From an uncultured bacterium (GTDB taxonomy: Bacteria > Actinomycetota > Acidimicrobiia > Spongiisociales > UBA5794): a stretch of DNA of 64,000 bases. The notes under the pieces are model-generated. The model did not search any database. It saw nothing but the letters and a program-made list of their open reading frames with translations, and was not told the origin of the DNA. The position numbers and the translations under genes are program-made. Numbering within the stretch: position 1 is the stretch's first letter; each line of letters opens with the position of its first letter. Location of the stretch: NCBI GenBank assembly GCA_963801165.1, contig CAWDDT010000010.1, forward strand, positions 224,001 through 288,000. Reading direction: 5' to 3'. Shown here one piece after another: positions 39,492-49,613 of this stretch.

Positions 39492-40388
39492 ATGGATACA
39501 CGTCCCTCCGCCCCATTCGGAACCGTCCTCACTGCGGTGCTCACTCCGTTCGACGAAGACGGTGCCGTGGACTACGGCGTGTTCTGGAAGCTCATCCGCC
39601 ACCTCGCCGATAACGGCAGCGAGGGTGTTGTCGTGACCGGGACGACAGGGGAGTCGCCGACTCTGTCCAAGCCGGAGAAAATCGCCCTGTACAAAGCGGC
39701 TGTTGAGGCCGCAGGCGCCAGGATGAAGGTGATCGCCGGTACCGGGACCTACAACACCGCCGAATCGGTCGCACTGACCGAGCAGGCCGCGTCGGTAGGT
39801 GTCCACGGGATCATGGCGGTCACGCCGTATTACTCGAAGCCGCCACAGGCAGGTCTCGTCAAGCATTTCACGGCGATCGCCGACGCAAGCGATTTGCCTC
39901 TGATGGTTTACAACATCCCGGGTCGCACCGCTCGCCTCATCGAGGTGGATACGCTTGTCGAGCTGGCACAGCACGACAAGATCGTGGCCACCAAGGATGC
40001 GGTTGGCGACCTCGACTTCACCAGACGCGCCATTGCAGCTCTACCGGAAGGGTTTGCGGTTTACTCAGGCGACGACGGCCGTACCAAGGACATCGTCGAG
40101 GCCAACGGCGTCGGCGTCGTCTCGGTAGCCTCTCACTTCGTAGGGAACCAGATCAAGAAGCTGATCGCCGCCGTCACCGAGCAGGACTACGACGAGGCAA
40201 AGCGCATCCAGGAGAAGCTCGACCCCATCTTCGAGGCTCTGTTCGTCGAGCCGAGCCCGATGCCACTCAAGGCCGGCATGACAGCTCTGTGGGGCAACGT
40301 CGGCCAGCCCCGCCTGCCGCTCGTTCCCGCATCGGAGGAAACGACCGAAAAGGTGAGAGCGGCTTACGAGATCGCTCAGGACGTATGA
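39492..40388 (+). CDS. dapA: 4-hydroxy-tetrahydrodipicolinate synthase
   Basis: GTTGES, TPYYSKP, YNIPGRT, KDA. Confidence 0.95.
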   Translation: MDTRPSAPFGTVLTAVLTPFDEDGAVDYGVFWKLIRHLADNGSEGVVVTGTTGESPTLSKPEKIALYKAAVEAAGARMKVIAGTGTYNTAESVALTEQAASVGVHGIMAVTPYYSKPPQAGLVKHFTAIADASDLPLMVYNIPGRTARLIEVDTLVELAQHDKIVATKDAVGDLDFTRRAIAALPEGFAVYSGDDGRTKDIVEANGVGVVSVASHFVGNQIKKLIAAVTEQDYDEAKRIQEKLDPIFEALFVEPSPMPLKAGMTALWGNVGQPRLPLVPASEETTEKVRAAYEIAQDV

Positions 40389-40407
40389 CAAGACCGGGGC
40401 CGTGTCG

Positions 40408-42036
40408 ATGACGGTGAGAGTTGGCTTCCTCGGTGGTCTTGGCGAGATTGGTCGTAACTGTGCGACGCTAGAGGTCGACGGGAAGATCGCGCTGATCGAC
40501 TGCGGGATCATGTTCCCCGAACAGGACATGCTCGGGGTTGACCTGGTTCTGCCGGACTTCACCTCGGTGCTCGAGCGACCCGACGACATTGCCTGTGTCA
40601 TCCTTACCCACGGCCACGAGGATCACGTTGGCTCGCTTGCGTACCTGCTCAGGGAGGCCAACGTCCCTGTGTACGGCACCCGGCTGACGGTGGCGTTGGC
40701 GAGAAACCGTGTCGAGGAGGCAGGGGTCGAGCCCGACATGCACACTGTGCCGCTAAACGAGTGGGTTGAGCACGGGCCCTTCAAGTTCACCTTTGTGCGG
40801 GTGGCCCATAGCGTTCCCGACGCAACCGCAGTGGTGCTCGACACACCGGAGGGGATCATCATCCACACCGGCGATTACAAGCTGGATCCGACTCCGATCG
40901 ACAGGGAGCCGACCGACCTGATGACGTTCGCCGGCTTTGGACGGCAAGGCGTGCGGCTGCTGCTGGCCGATTCGACCAACGCAGAGCGCCCCGGCTTCAT
41001 TGCATCCGAGTCTTCGGTGGGTGCGGAGATCCGGAATCTGGTTGCCCACGCCGATGGTCGCGTGATCCTGGCCTGCTTCGCTTCCCACCTTCACCGGGTC
41101 CAGCAGATAATCAACGCTGCCGTGGCCGACGGTCGCAAGTTCTCCTTCCTCGGTCGTTCCATGGTCCGCAACACCGAGATCGCTCGCGACCTCGGGATCC
41201 TCGACTACCCGGAGGAGAGCCGGGTCGACAGCGCCGACATCGCGGAGCTCGCTCCCAAGGAGGTCGCCGTCATCTGCACCGGGAGCCAGGGTGAGCCTTT
41301 CGCCGCTCTATCGCTGATGGCGTCGGGTCAGCACCGGAGCGTCAAGCTCGAACCGGGAGATACGGTGATCATCTCCGCGAACGCCATTCCAGGGAACGAG
41401 ACGAACGTGTCGCGGGTAATCAACCACCTTGTCGCTTCCGGGGCAACTGTGTTTCATGGATCCGACACGCACGTGCACGTGTCGGGTCACGCAGCCCAGG
41501 ACGAGATCAAGACGCTCATCAACGTGGTGCGCCCCGGGGCGTTCATCCCGGTTCACGGCGAGCGCCGTCACCTCCACGCCAACGCCAGGATCGCCCGCGA
41601 GATGGGAATCCCCCAAGTCGAGGTCTGCGTAGACGGAGACGTGGCGGTGCTTGAGGGCGGGGCTCTGCGAATAGAGCGGGGCGCGGTCCCGGCGGGGTAT
41701 GTGTATCTCGACGGTGTCGATATCGGGGACGTAGAGGACGTCCTGCGTGATCGGCGCCATCTTGCCGACGACGGCGTCGTCATCGTCACCGTGGGGGTCG
41801 ACATGGGCTCGGGGGAGATCGTGATCGGCCCGGAGGTCGATAGCCACGGCGTCCGGGATGATGCGGAAGGACTCCACAAGGACGTGGTCGAAGCGGTAGT
41901 CGCGGCCGTTGCGAACCTCGAATGGCCCTCCGACCTGGACACGGTCCGCCGGCGGGTGCGGAACACGACGAGCCGGTCGGTCAAGAAACAGATCAACAGC
42001 CGACCGGTGGTCATCCCGGTCATCATCGAGGTTTGA
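40408..42036 (+). CDS. rnj: Ribonuclease J
   Basis: GGLGEIGRN, THGHEDH, TGSQGEP, HVSGHA. Confidence 0.95.
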   Translation: MTVRVGFLGGLGEIGRNCATLEVDGKIALIDCGIMFPEQDMLGVDLVLPDFTSVLERPDDIACVILTHGHEDHVGSLAYLLREANVPVYGTRLTVALARNRVEEAGVEPDMHTVPLNEWVEHGPFKFTFVRVAHSVPDATAVVLDTPEGIIIHTGDYKLDPTPIDREPTDLMTFAGFGRQGVRLLLADSTNAERPGFIASESSVGAEIRNLVAHADGRVILACFASHLHRVQQIINAAVADGRKFSFLGRSMVRNTEIARDLGILDYPEESRVDSADIAELAPKEVAVICTGSQGEPFAALSLMASGQHRSVKLEPGDTVIISANAIPGNETNVSRVINHLVASGATVFHGSDTHVHVSGHAAQDEIKTLINVVRPGAFIPVHGERRHLHANARIAREMGIPQVEVCVDGDVAVLEGGALRIERGAVPAGYVYLDGVDIGDVEDVLRDRRHLADDGVVIVTVGVDMGSGEIVIGPEVDSHGVRDDAEGLHKDVVEAVVAAVANLEWPSDLDTVRRRVRNTTSRSVKKQINSRPVVIPVIIEV

Positions 42037-42042
42037 TCGGCG

Positions 42043-42906
42043 CTACTTCTTGGCGCGTCTGCGACCCTTGCGACCCTTGGGCTCCGACTCTGGACGCATG
42101 TCGCCTATAGCGCTCAGTACGGAGCGTCCGCCGCCGCCTTCGAGCCGGGGCAGCTTGGCGGAGTGGCGGTCGTAGAAGGAGCGGTCGGCGCCGACCAGCA
42201 GGGCGCTGACGTGTTGGTCGTCGGCATCGTGCTTCTCGGCGAGAGGGTAGGTGTCATTCCAATGCGAGGTGTCGGCATCGGACGGAGCGGAAGCGGAGGC
42301 CGCAGCTTCAGCCTCCTCCGCCTGGCGGAGACGCGCCGCCAGCGACGTGTCCTCGTTGGCGGTCTTCGGCTTCTCGGCCTGACGGAGGCGAGCCGCTAGA
42401 GACGTGTCTTCTCGCGAATGGTCGGTCTCGTAGGAACGGGTCTCTTCTTGCGCCTGGTCGCTCTCGTAGGAATACATCGGTGGCGGCGGGGGCTTCATCG
42501 GCGATCCGGCGGTGGAGGGGCGATTCTGGGCGCCGTCGGCGATCTTGGCCAGCTCCTCCATACGGTCCACGGCGTCGGTGAGCCTTTGCACGAGCTCGTC
42601 ACGTTCGGACTTGAGGGACTCGATGGTGGCGAGCATCTCCTCACGCTCGGTCTGCAGCTGGCGCTGCTTGCCGATCAACTTTCGTACCTGTCCGATGATC
42701 TCCTCGGCGTTGTCGCCGAGCGCGGCGAGGGGATTGGGTGCGGAACGGGCGGCGCCTCTGGCCTCGGCAACGATGGCTTCGGCCTGGCGTCGGGCGCGGG
42801 CGATGATCTCGGCTGCCTCGTGCTCGGCCCGTGCGATCGGGTCCCGAGATCCGGCGTCGGTCTCATCGTTGTGGTGGTTTGGCACCGGTTGGAGTGAAAC
42901 ACTCAC
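42043..42906 (-). CDS. Hypothetical coiled-coil protein with internal repeat
   Basis: AEHEAAEIIARARRQAEAI heptads; EDTSLAARLRQAE twice. Confidence 0.7.
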   Translation of the reverse strand: MSVSLQPVPNHHNDETDAGSRDPIARAEHEAAEIIARARRQAEAIVAEARGAARSAPNPLAALGDNAEEIIGQVRKLIGKQRQLQTEREEMLATIESLKSERDELVQRLTDAVDRMEELAKIADGAQNRPSTAGSPMKPPPPPMYSYESDQAQEETRSYETDHSREDTSLAARLRQAEKPKTANEDTSLAARLRQAEEAEAAASASAPSDADTSHWNDTYPLAEKHDADDQHVSALLVGADRSFYDRHSAKLPRLEGGGGRSVLSAIGDMRPESEPKGRKGRRRAKK

Positions 42907-43070
42907 GATTGGTGGCTCCCTTCAAGCCCTTGTCCGCGGGCAGCAGCTCGTCTGCCAAGTTCTATCGGCAGGAGGCTCTCACATCTGAACCGCTTCTCGC
43001 GCGGAGCGCGCGGAGTAGCGCGCTGTGGGTTGTTTGTTGTAGCGCCACCTTCTTGTATGCTGAGACACCC

Positions 43071-45317
43071 ATGGCAACACGGACCAAGCGACGTGGGGCT
43101 ACCGGGCGGAGAACGACAAAGAGCAAGCAATCGAAAAAGCGGCAGCGCCTCTCCATCCTCCTCGCGCTGAAGGGGATGAAAGAGCGGATGCGGCAGCGGC
43201 TGGGGCGCCACACGGACGATGTCTGGGGGGTGCTCTTGATCATCCTCGCAGCCTTGCTGCTGCTGTCGTTCTTCGAGCTGGCGGGCCCGCTCGGGGCAGG
43301 GTCGGCGAAGGCGCTCCATTTTGTTTTCGGGCTATGGGCGTATTTCGTACCGTTCGTGCTTGCGGTCATCGGGATCGCGATGATCTCGTCGATGCCCCGT
43401 ACCGACTATGGCCGGATAACGCTGGGCATGGTCTCGCTGTTCGTTGCCTCGATGGCACTGTTCCACCTCCTGACCGGTACCATTTCGCTTGCCTCGTCCG
43501 TCGACAAGGTCGTCGAACGCGGTGGGGTGGTGGGTTCGCTCATTGCCTTCCCGTTGCGCCGTCTCGTCGGGTTCTGGGGTTCGTTTGTCGTGCTGCTCGC
43601 CGCCGTGGCCATCTCGTCGTTGATCCTGACCAGGGCCACGATCCGCGATGTGGGGCTGAGCATTGCAGCGATGCTCCGCAAGACGCGCCACCTCGTGCAC
43701 GAGCTGCGCAAGTCGAACACCGAGGACCGAACGCAGGCACCATCAGTCGAGCTCACCGTGCCTACGGTCCAACAGCAGCAGGCGCCGCCCAGGAAGGTCG
43801 ATCAGAAGGGCCCGCCCAATCCCAAGCCGAAGCAGAAGCCGCAGAAGCGTCCGATCCCACAGCCGCGCGGCAAGGGCGGGTACCGGCTGCCGCCTCTCGA
43901 GATGCTCGAGGTCGGCGCCGCCAACGGTCACAACCGCAGGGCCCTCGAGCAAGCCGGATACGAGCTACAGCAGACGCTCACCCAGCATGGGGTGGACGCA
44001 AGACTCACCCGTATCGTGCCCGGCCCCACCGTCACCAGGTACGAGGTCGAGCTCGAACCCGGCGTCAAGGTGGCCCGGGTCACCGGTCTGGCCACCGACA
44101 TCGCATACGCCATGGCCTCCGCCGACGTTCGCATCCTTGCCCCGATCCCCGGACGCAGTGCGATCGGTATCGAGGTACCTAACGCCCACCGGGACCTTGT
44201 GACCCTCGGAGAGATCCTCAACAGCGACATTGCCGGGCATACCAACAACCCGCTCGCAGTCGGTCTCGGCAAGGACGTCTCCGGGCGCAGCCGGATGCTG
44301 CACATCGACGAGCTGCCACACGTCTTGATTGCGGGCGCCACAGGAGCCGGCAAGTCGTCGTGCATCAACTCGATCGTCATGTCTTTGTTGATGCGAGCCA
44401 CCCCCGAGGAAGTGCGGATGATCCTCGTCGACCCCAAGCGCGTCGAACTCGGTCAGTACAACGGGGTCCCGCATCTGCTGACACGGGTGATCACGAACCC
44501 CAAGAAGGCGGCGGACGCTCTTCAGTGGGCCGTGGCCGAGATGGACAGGCGTTACGACTTGCTCGCCGACGCCGGAGTGCGAGACATCACGAGCTACCGC
44601 GAGCAATATGAGGCCGGTGGTCTCGACGAGGAGCTGTTCGACAGGTTCCCCTACATCGTCATCGTCGTTGACGAGTTGAACGACCTGATGATGGTCGCCG
44701 GGCGTGCTGTCGAAGACTCAATCGTGAGGATCGCCCAGATGGCTCGTGCCGTCGGTATCCACCTCGTGCTGGCTACACAGCGACCGTCCGTGAACGTGAT
44801 CACAGGCGTGATCAAGGCGAATGTGCCTTCCCGACTTGCCTTTGCGGTCGCCTCGCAAACCGACTCGCGCGTCATCCTCGATTCGTCGGGAGCGGACAAG
44901 CTCGTTGGTCTTGGCGACATGCTGGTCGTCACTGCCCGCGACCCCAAGCCGGAGCGCATCCAGGGTGCATTTGTGACCGAAGCGGAGATCCACTCCGTGG
45001 TCGCCTGGGTCCGTGATCAGAGCGTCGCCGAGTACCGCGAGGAAGAGGTCTTCGAGGTGGCGCAAGCCGCGGCTGCAATCGAGGAGGAGTTCGACGGAGA
45101 GGATCCCGAGCTGATGCGTCAGGCCATCGAGCTCGTGGTGAGATCGCAGCTGGGGTCGACGTCGATGCTCCAGCGCAAGCTGCGGATCGGGTTTGCCAGG
45201 GCGGGAAGGGTCATGGACATCCTGGAGAACAAAGGCGTCGTCGGGCCGTCGGAAGGCTCCAAGGCGCGTGAGGTGCTCATCACCGTCGAGGAGCTAGACC
45301 AGATGCTGGTTGGTTGA
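43071..45317 (+). CDS. ftsK: DNA translocase FtsK
   Basis: N-terminal TMs, AGATGAGKS, VVDELNDLM, gamma domain STSMLQRKLRIGFARAGR. Confidence 0.96.
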   Translation: MATRTKRRGATGRRTTKSKQSKKRQRLSILLALKGMKERMRQRLGRHTDDVWGVLLIILAALLLLSFFELAGPLGAGSAKALHFVFGLWAYFVPFVLAVIGIAMISSMPRTDYGRITLGMVSLFVASMALFHLLTGTISLASSVDKVVERGGVVGSLIAFPLRRLVGFWGSFVVLLAAVAISSLILTRATIRDVGLSIAAMLRKTRHLVHELRKSNTEDRTQAPSVELTVPTVQQQQAPPRKVDQKGPPNPKPKQKPQKRPIPQPRGKGGYRLPPLEMLEVGAANGHNRRALEQAGYELQQTLTQHGVDARLTRIVPGPTVTRYEVELEPGVKVARVTGLATDIAYAMASADVRILAPIPGRSAIGIEVPNAHRDLVTLGEILNSDIAGHTNNPLAVGLGKDVSGRSRMLHIDELPHVLIAGATGAGKSSCINSIVMSLLMRATPEEVRMILVDPKRVELGQYNGVPHLLTRVITNPKKAADALQWAVAEMDRRYDLLADAGVRDITSYREQYEAGGLDEELFDRFPYIVIVVDELNDLMMVAGRAVEDSIVRIAQMARAVGIHLVLATQRPSVNVITGVIKANVPSRLAFAVASQTDSRVILDSSGADKLVGLGDMLVVTARDPKPERIQGAFVTEAEIHSVVAWVRDQSVAEYREEEVFEVAQAAAAIEEEFDGEDPELMRQAIELVVRSQLGSTSMLQRKLRIGFARAGRVMDILENKGVVGPSEGSKAREVLITVEELDQMLVG

Positions 45318-45364
45318 TCGAGCACGCGGCCCAAACCGGGTGACCAGGCGGTAGGTTGATATCG

Positions 45365-47155
45365 GTGGAAGCTACCTGCGTCCGGTTCGATGATCTCTCT
45401 CCGGGGGGTTCCGGGTCATTTGGGCTCGCCGGTGAGATCGACGAGTTCACCGCTCGCAGGGAGGAGGACGTTGTCCCGGTGCTGGCAGCCGCCGAGGCCG
45501 CGGCCGAAGCCGGATACTGGGTCGCCGGATACGTCGGTTACGAGGCTGCCCCAGCGCTGAATCCGCTCCTGACGGTTCGCCCTCGCGGCTTGCACGACCC
45601 GATGCGCGAACTCCCACTGGCGCATTTCCGTGCGTTCTCCAGCCGGATCGAGTTGCCCGAGATCGACAGCCTGCACTACCCGGCCGGAACCTACAGCGTG
45701 TCCGGATGGACCCCCGATTCCACTCGTCGTGATTACCGGGACAGTCTTGCGGTGACGGGCCGGGCGATCATGTCGGGCGAGATCGAGCGGGGGAAGTACA
45801 CCTTTCGTCTCCACGCCGCGTTTGACGGGGACCAGGTGGCGCTTTACCGCGATCTACTCCAGTCGCAACGGGGACCACACGGTGCCTTTGTCGACACCGG
45901 TCGCTTCGGTCTGATCAGCGTGTCGCCGGAACGGTTCTTCAAGGTCGCAGACGGGGTGCTGTCGGTGCGTCCGGTGCTGTCGTCGGTGCGACGCGGGCGC
46001 TGGTTGGAGGAGGACGCCCAATGCGAGGCGCTGCTGCCGTCCAATGGATCGCTGGGATACGCGGACCGGGTACTGCTGGCGGAGACCGAGACGGAGCTGG
46101 CGCAACTCGGCACGCTGTTGCCGCGGGGTGAGAGCCCGATCGTCTCGCGCGATCGCATGGAGCTGCTGTGGCACCTCACCGCACGTGTGGGTGTGCGACT
46201 CGATCCCGCGGTGGATCTGAAGCGCATATTCGAGGTGTTGTTCCCGCCGCTCTCGGTGACCGGGGTGCCCAAGCCCGAGGCGATGGAGGTGATCGCGACA
46301 ACCGAGGACACCGCCCGCGGCGTCTACTGCGGCGCGATCGGGTTTCTCGCGCCTCGCGGCAGCGGCGGAACCCAAGCCAGCTTCAGCGTCGCGGTCCGCA
46401 CCGTTGTAGTCGACAACGAGGAGGGCGTGGCGGAATATGGTGTAGGCACTGCGATAACGAACGCGTCGGATGTGGCCACGGCGTACGAGGAGGCCCGGCT
46501 CAAGGCGCGCGTCCTGGTCGACCGCCGTCCCGATTTCCAGCTGATCGAGCGCTTCCGCGAAGACGATGGCGCTATCGCGAGGTTGAATCCCAAGCTCAGC
46601 ATTCTGGAGGAGTCGATCCACTACTTCGGATACGAGCTGAATCGGGACGACGCCGTTGCCGCCCTCCAGAAAGCTGCTGCCAACGGTGGGTCGCAGGAGC
46701 TGGAGCTGAGGGTGAGTCGCAGCGGTGCAATGGAGATCGTCACCCGGCCGGCTACATCCTGGTCCGGCTCGTTGCAGGAAGCGCCGGTGATCTCCGGGTG
46801 CGTCTGCGCTGATCGGGTATCCGTAGACAACGTGTTCCTCTTCCACAAGACGAGCGATTCCCGGCTTCGCGACGTGGTCACACGTCCGCATCGGGATGTC
46901 GATGTTGTCATCCTGGTAAATGACGAAGGGGAATTGGCCGGATCGCTGGACGGGAATGTGGTCGTCGACCTCGACGGGGTGTGGCTGACGCCGCCGCGCC
47001 GGTGCGCCAACTCCATATACGCCCTGAGCAGCGAGCTGTTGGCGAGTGGCATCATCGAGGAACGGGTGATCACCGAGGAGGACCTGGCGCGTGCCGATCA
47101 CGTGGTCCTGCTGGACGATATCGCCGGTTGGAGACTTGTGCGGCTGAAAGACTGA
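45365..47155 (+). CDS. PabB-PabC fusion homologue (chorismate-binding domain + class IV aminotransferase-like domain), divergent
   Basis: GYVGYEAA, SPERFF, SVTGVPK, RGVYCGAIG, AVRT, FLFHKT; GTG start inferred from leaderless -10 (ORF track start 45356). Confidence 0.8.
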   Translation: MEATCVRFDDLSPGGSGSFGLAGEIDEFTARREEDVVPVLAAAEAAAEAGYWVAGYVGYEAAPALNPLLTVRPRGLHDPMRELPLAHFRAFSSRIELPEIDSLHYPAGTYSVSGWTPDSTRRDYRDSLAVTGRAIMSGEIERGKYTFRLHAAFDGDQVALYRDLLQSQRGPHGAFVDTGRFGLISVSPERFFKVADGVLSVRPVLSSVRRGRWLEEDAQCEALLPSNGSLGYADRVLLAETETELAQLGTLLPRGESPIVSRDRMELLWHLTARVGVRLDPAVDLKRIFEVLFPPLSVTGVPKPEAMEVIATTEDTARGVYCGAIGFLAPRGSGGTQASFSVAVRTVVVDNEEGVAEYGVGTAITNASDVATAYEEARLKARVLVDRRPDFQLIERFREDDGAIARLNPKLSILEESIHYFGYELNRDDAVAALQKAAANGGSQELELRVSRSGAMEIVTRPATSWSGSLQEAPVISGCVCADRVSVDNVFLFHKTSDSRLRDVVTRPHRDVDVVILVNDEGELAGSLDGNVVVDLDGVWLTPPRRCANSIYALSSELLASGIIEERVITEEDLARADHVVLLDDIAGWRLVRLKD

Positions 47156-47190
47156 TCCTCGCATGGTTGTCCGCGGTTAGCCTGCCGTCC

Positions 47191-47928
47191 GTGACCATCG
47201 CACAAGTACTCCTGCTGCTGTTCGGCGGATTGGCGGCCGGCTTCATCAATACGCTCGCCGGTGGTGGTTCGGCGATCACGATTCCGATCATGACCGAGAT
47301 CGTCGGCGTCAGCGTCGCCAACGGCACTAACCGGATCGCCATATTGCTTGCCAATGCGTCTGCGCTCACCCGCTTTCAGCGGGGAGACGCGGTCCCGTGG
47401 AAACGTCTCACCCGGCTCATCGCACCGACGGTGATCGGCGCCGCCGCAGGTGCCTGGGTAGCGACTCAGACCTCCGGTGACCTGTTCAAGAAGATCTTCG
47501 CCTTCGTTCTCGTCCTGGTGGCAGGGTCCGTGCTGGCCCGGCCGTCGCGCTGGGTCGACGGACGGGAGCGGGAGATAGCCGAACCGTGGCGAAGCCTTCT
47601 GTTTGCCGGAGTCGGCTTCTACGGCGGGTTCGTCCAGGCCGGGGTGGGCTTCTTGCTTCTCGGGGCGCTGGTGCTCGGATCGGGTATGGATCTGGTGAGA
47701 GGGAACGCGGCGAAGGTGGCGCTCATCCTGTGCTACACCCCGGTGGCATTGATCTTCTTTGCTTCGGCGTCCCAGGTTGACCTGAAGGTGGGCCTCGTGC
47801 TGTCGGTCGGGCAGATGACCGGGGCGTGGATTGCAGCGCGGTTGGCTGTGTTGAAGGGTGCCGCCTGGATACGGTGGGTGCTGGTTGCCGTCGCCGTGAT
47901 CGCGGCGATCCGAATGCTCTTGACTTGA
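47191..47928 (+). CDS. Sulfite exporter TauE/SafE family protein
   Basis: AGFINTLAGGG, ANGTNR, GFYGGFVQAGVG. Confidence 0.88.
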   Translation: MTIAQVLLLLFGGLAAGFINTLAGGGSAITIPIMTEIVGVSVANGTNRIAILLANASALTRFQRGDAVPWKRLTRLIAPTVIGAAAGAWVATQTSGDLFKKIFAFVLVLVAGSVLARPSRWVDGREREIAEPWRSLLFAGVGFYGGFVQAGVGFLLLGALVLGSGMDLVRGNAAKVALILCYTPVALIFFASASQVDLKVGLVLSVGQMTGAWIAARLAVLKGAAWIRWVLVAVAVIAAIRMLLT

Positions 47929-47985
47929 GCGCCGATTGCGCTAACACTAAGAGGAGTGCTTCGACCTCTCTCCGGAAGGAAGAGC

Positions 47986-48339
47986 ATGGTAGGTGATATG
48001 GGTTCCATCCTCAGGGAACTGGAACATGTGCAAGACCGGCTGTCATCCCTGACGACAGATACATACGAGGAGATGTATAGCCTCCTCATCCGGCAGGACG
48101 AGCTGCGAACCGAAGCGGCTCGGCTCGCCGACGACATCGATGCGACCTGCTCGACCCAAGAGCTCTTGATCCGGTTAGCCAGCCTTAGGCGCCGACGCGA
48201 CCTTCTCGACCGGCAACATGGTACGGCTACCAGAGGTTTGCACCGGCCAGCGCACGGACCGCGGCACTCCTCTCAGGTTGATCAGCGTATCGAGAGGGTC
48301 TGTGTGTTGCTGGCCGATCGTGGAATTCGCGTTCACTGA
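47986..48339 (+). CDS. Small hypothetical helical protein
   Basis: SD-like GGAAGGAAG; amphipathic helices; paralogous remnant immediately downstream. Confidence 0.55.
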   Translation: MVGDMGSILRELEHVQDRLSSLTTDTYEEMYSLLIRQDELRTEAARLADDIDATCSTQELLIRLASLRRRRDLLDRQHGTATRGLHRPAHGPRHSSQVDQRIERVCVLLADRGIRVH

Positions 48340-48707
48340 CGCGACCTCCGCGGTCGGATTGCTCGTTCGGCGACTGTCGGAGGTGCAAGACCTCCTCAGC
48401 GCCCTACCCAACGACGCCTTCGTTGAGCGTTCGGCTCTTGTTGCCGAGCGAGAAGAGCTCCAGCTGCTTGCCGCGCAGCACGCGTCGGGGGCAGATCGGG
48501 AGCGCTCCATCGAGGACTGCGGTGCTAGCTCGAGGCATCGCGGAGTGAGTGGGTCCGGCACCGACCCTTTTTCGTCGCGACCAGCGCGCCCTGCTGTCCG
48601 CATCAGCCACCTGACCGACAGCATGCATGAACGTGAAGCGGCGACCGGGCGGATCTGAGCTTCGTCTCGAGCGCGGTCTGGTGCGACGGGGAGCGCATCG
48701 CGTGTAG
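48340..48707 (+). pseudogene. Degenerate tandem paralogue of the upstream small gene
   Basis: RRLSEVQDLLSALPNDAFVERSALVAEREELQLLAA aligns to RELEHVQDRLSSLTTDTYEEMYSLLIRQDELRTEAA; no clear start, similarity breaks across frames. Confidence 0.5.
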
Positions 48708-48757
48708 CGTCTTGCTCTCATGCGCAGTCCCACGGTCGAGAGAACAGAAACCGTCAG

Positions 48758-49609
48758 ATGACATTCGCACTGGCGGCGACGTGTGCGCTGCTTCTCGGGG
48801 TTGTCGACTACCTGGCCGGGGTTACGCTGCGGCACGACGGCAGACATGAGGCGGCGCTGTCGTACACGGCTTTGGCGTCGGCCGTCGGACTCCTGGTGGT
48901 GCTGGCAATCTTGCCGTTGGTTCTGCCCGAGCACGTTGCTCGAGCAGACATCATGTGGGCGATCGCTGCGGGATTGTCGATTGGGATCGCACTGCCCCTG
49001 CTCATGCTGGCGATGGCGAGAGGGCCAATTGCGATCGTAGCGCCGGTGATCGGTCTGATGTCACTGGCGGTGCCGGCGATCGCCGGGCCGATGCTGGGCG
49101 ACATGCTCACGCGGTGGGATGTGATCGGTGTGCTCCTCGCCCTCCCGGCCGCCGCCCTCGTGGCGACGGTTTCCGAATCCGACCGATCGGGCGGTGCGGT
49201 ACCTTCCACGGTGGCGCTGGCGACCCTGGTCGGAGGCTTGCTCGGTGCCGCAGCTGTGTTCTTCGGCCGCACTGGAGAGGAGAGCGGGATTGGCCCCGCG
49301 GTTGTGGCCCAGGTGACGGCGACGGTTCTTCTTGTCGTTTCCGGCGTCGTCAGCGGGCGGTTGGTCCGATTGCGTCGCTCTGGAGTGACTCCTGCCGTCG
49401 CGATGGGCGTCCTCAATGTCCTGGCCGTACTTTCGAGCGTGCTTGCCTTTCAGCGGGGACCGGTTTCTGTGGTCGCCGCCATCATCGGCATGGCACCCGG
49501 TGTGACGGTGGTTCTCGCCTGGTTGGTGGTCCATGAGCGCATCGGTCGCCGGCAGCTGATCGGGTTCGGGCTGGGGGCGGTCGCCGTCGTCCTGTTTGCG
49601 ATCGGATGA
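48758..49609 (+). CDS. DMT/EamA family transporter
   Basis: About ten TM helices, two EamA repeats (GPIAIVAP / GPVSVVAA..HERIG). Confidence 0.85.
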   Translation: MTFALAATCALLLGVVDYLAGVTLRHDGRHEAALSYTALASAVGLLVVLAILPLVLPEHVARADIMWAIAAGLSIGIALPLLMLAMARGPIAIVAPVIGLMSLAVPAIAGPMLGDMLTRWDVIGVLLALPAAALVATVSESDRSGGAVPSTVALATLVGGLLGAAAVFFGRTGEESGIGPAVVAQVTATVLLVVSGVVSGRLVRLRRSGVTPAVAMGVLNVLAVLSSVLAFQRGPVSVVAAIIGMAPGVTVVLAWLVVHERIGRRQLIGFGLGAVAVVLFAIG

Positions 49610-49613
49610 GAGC

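Noticed and set aside
42831-43070. N-terminal extensions given by the ORF track (ftsK, rimO, cnoX, NUDIX, HAD, clpP, ArsR, flavin reductase, LysM)
   Set aside because: They overlap neighbouring genes or promoters; downstream starts have SD or leaderless -10 support
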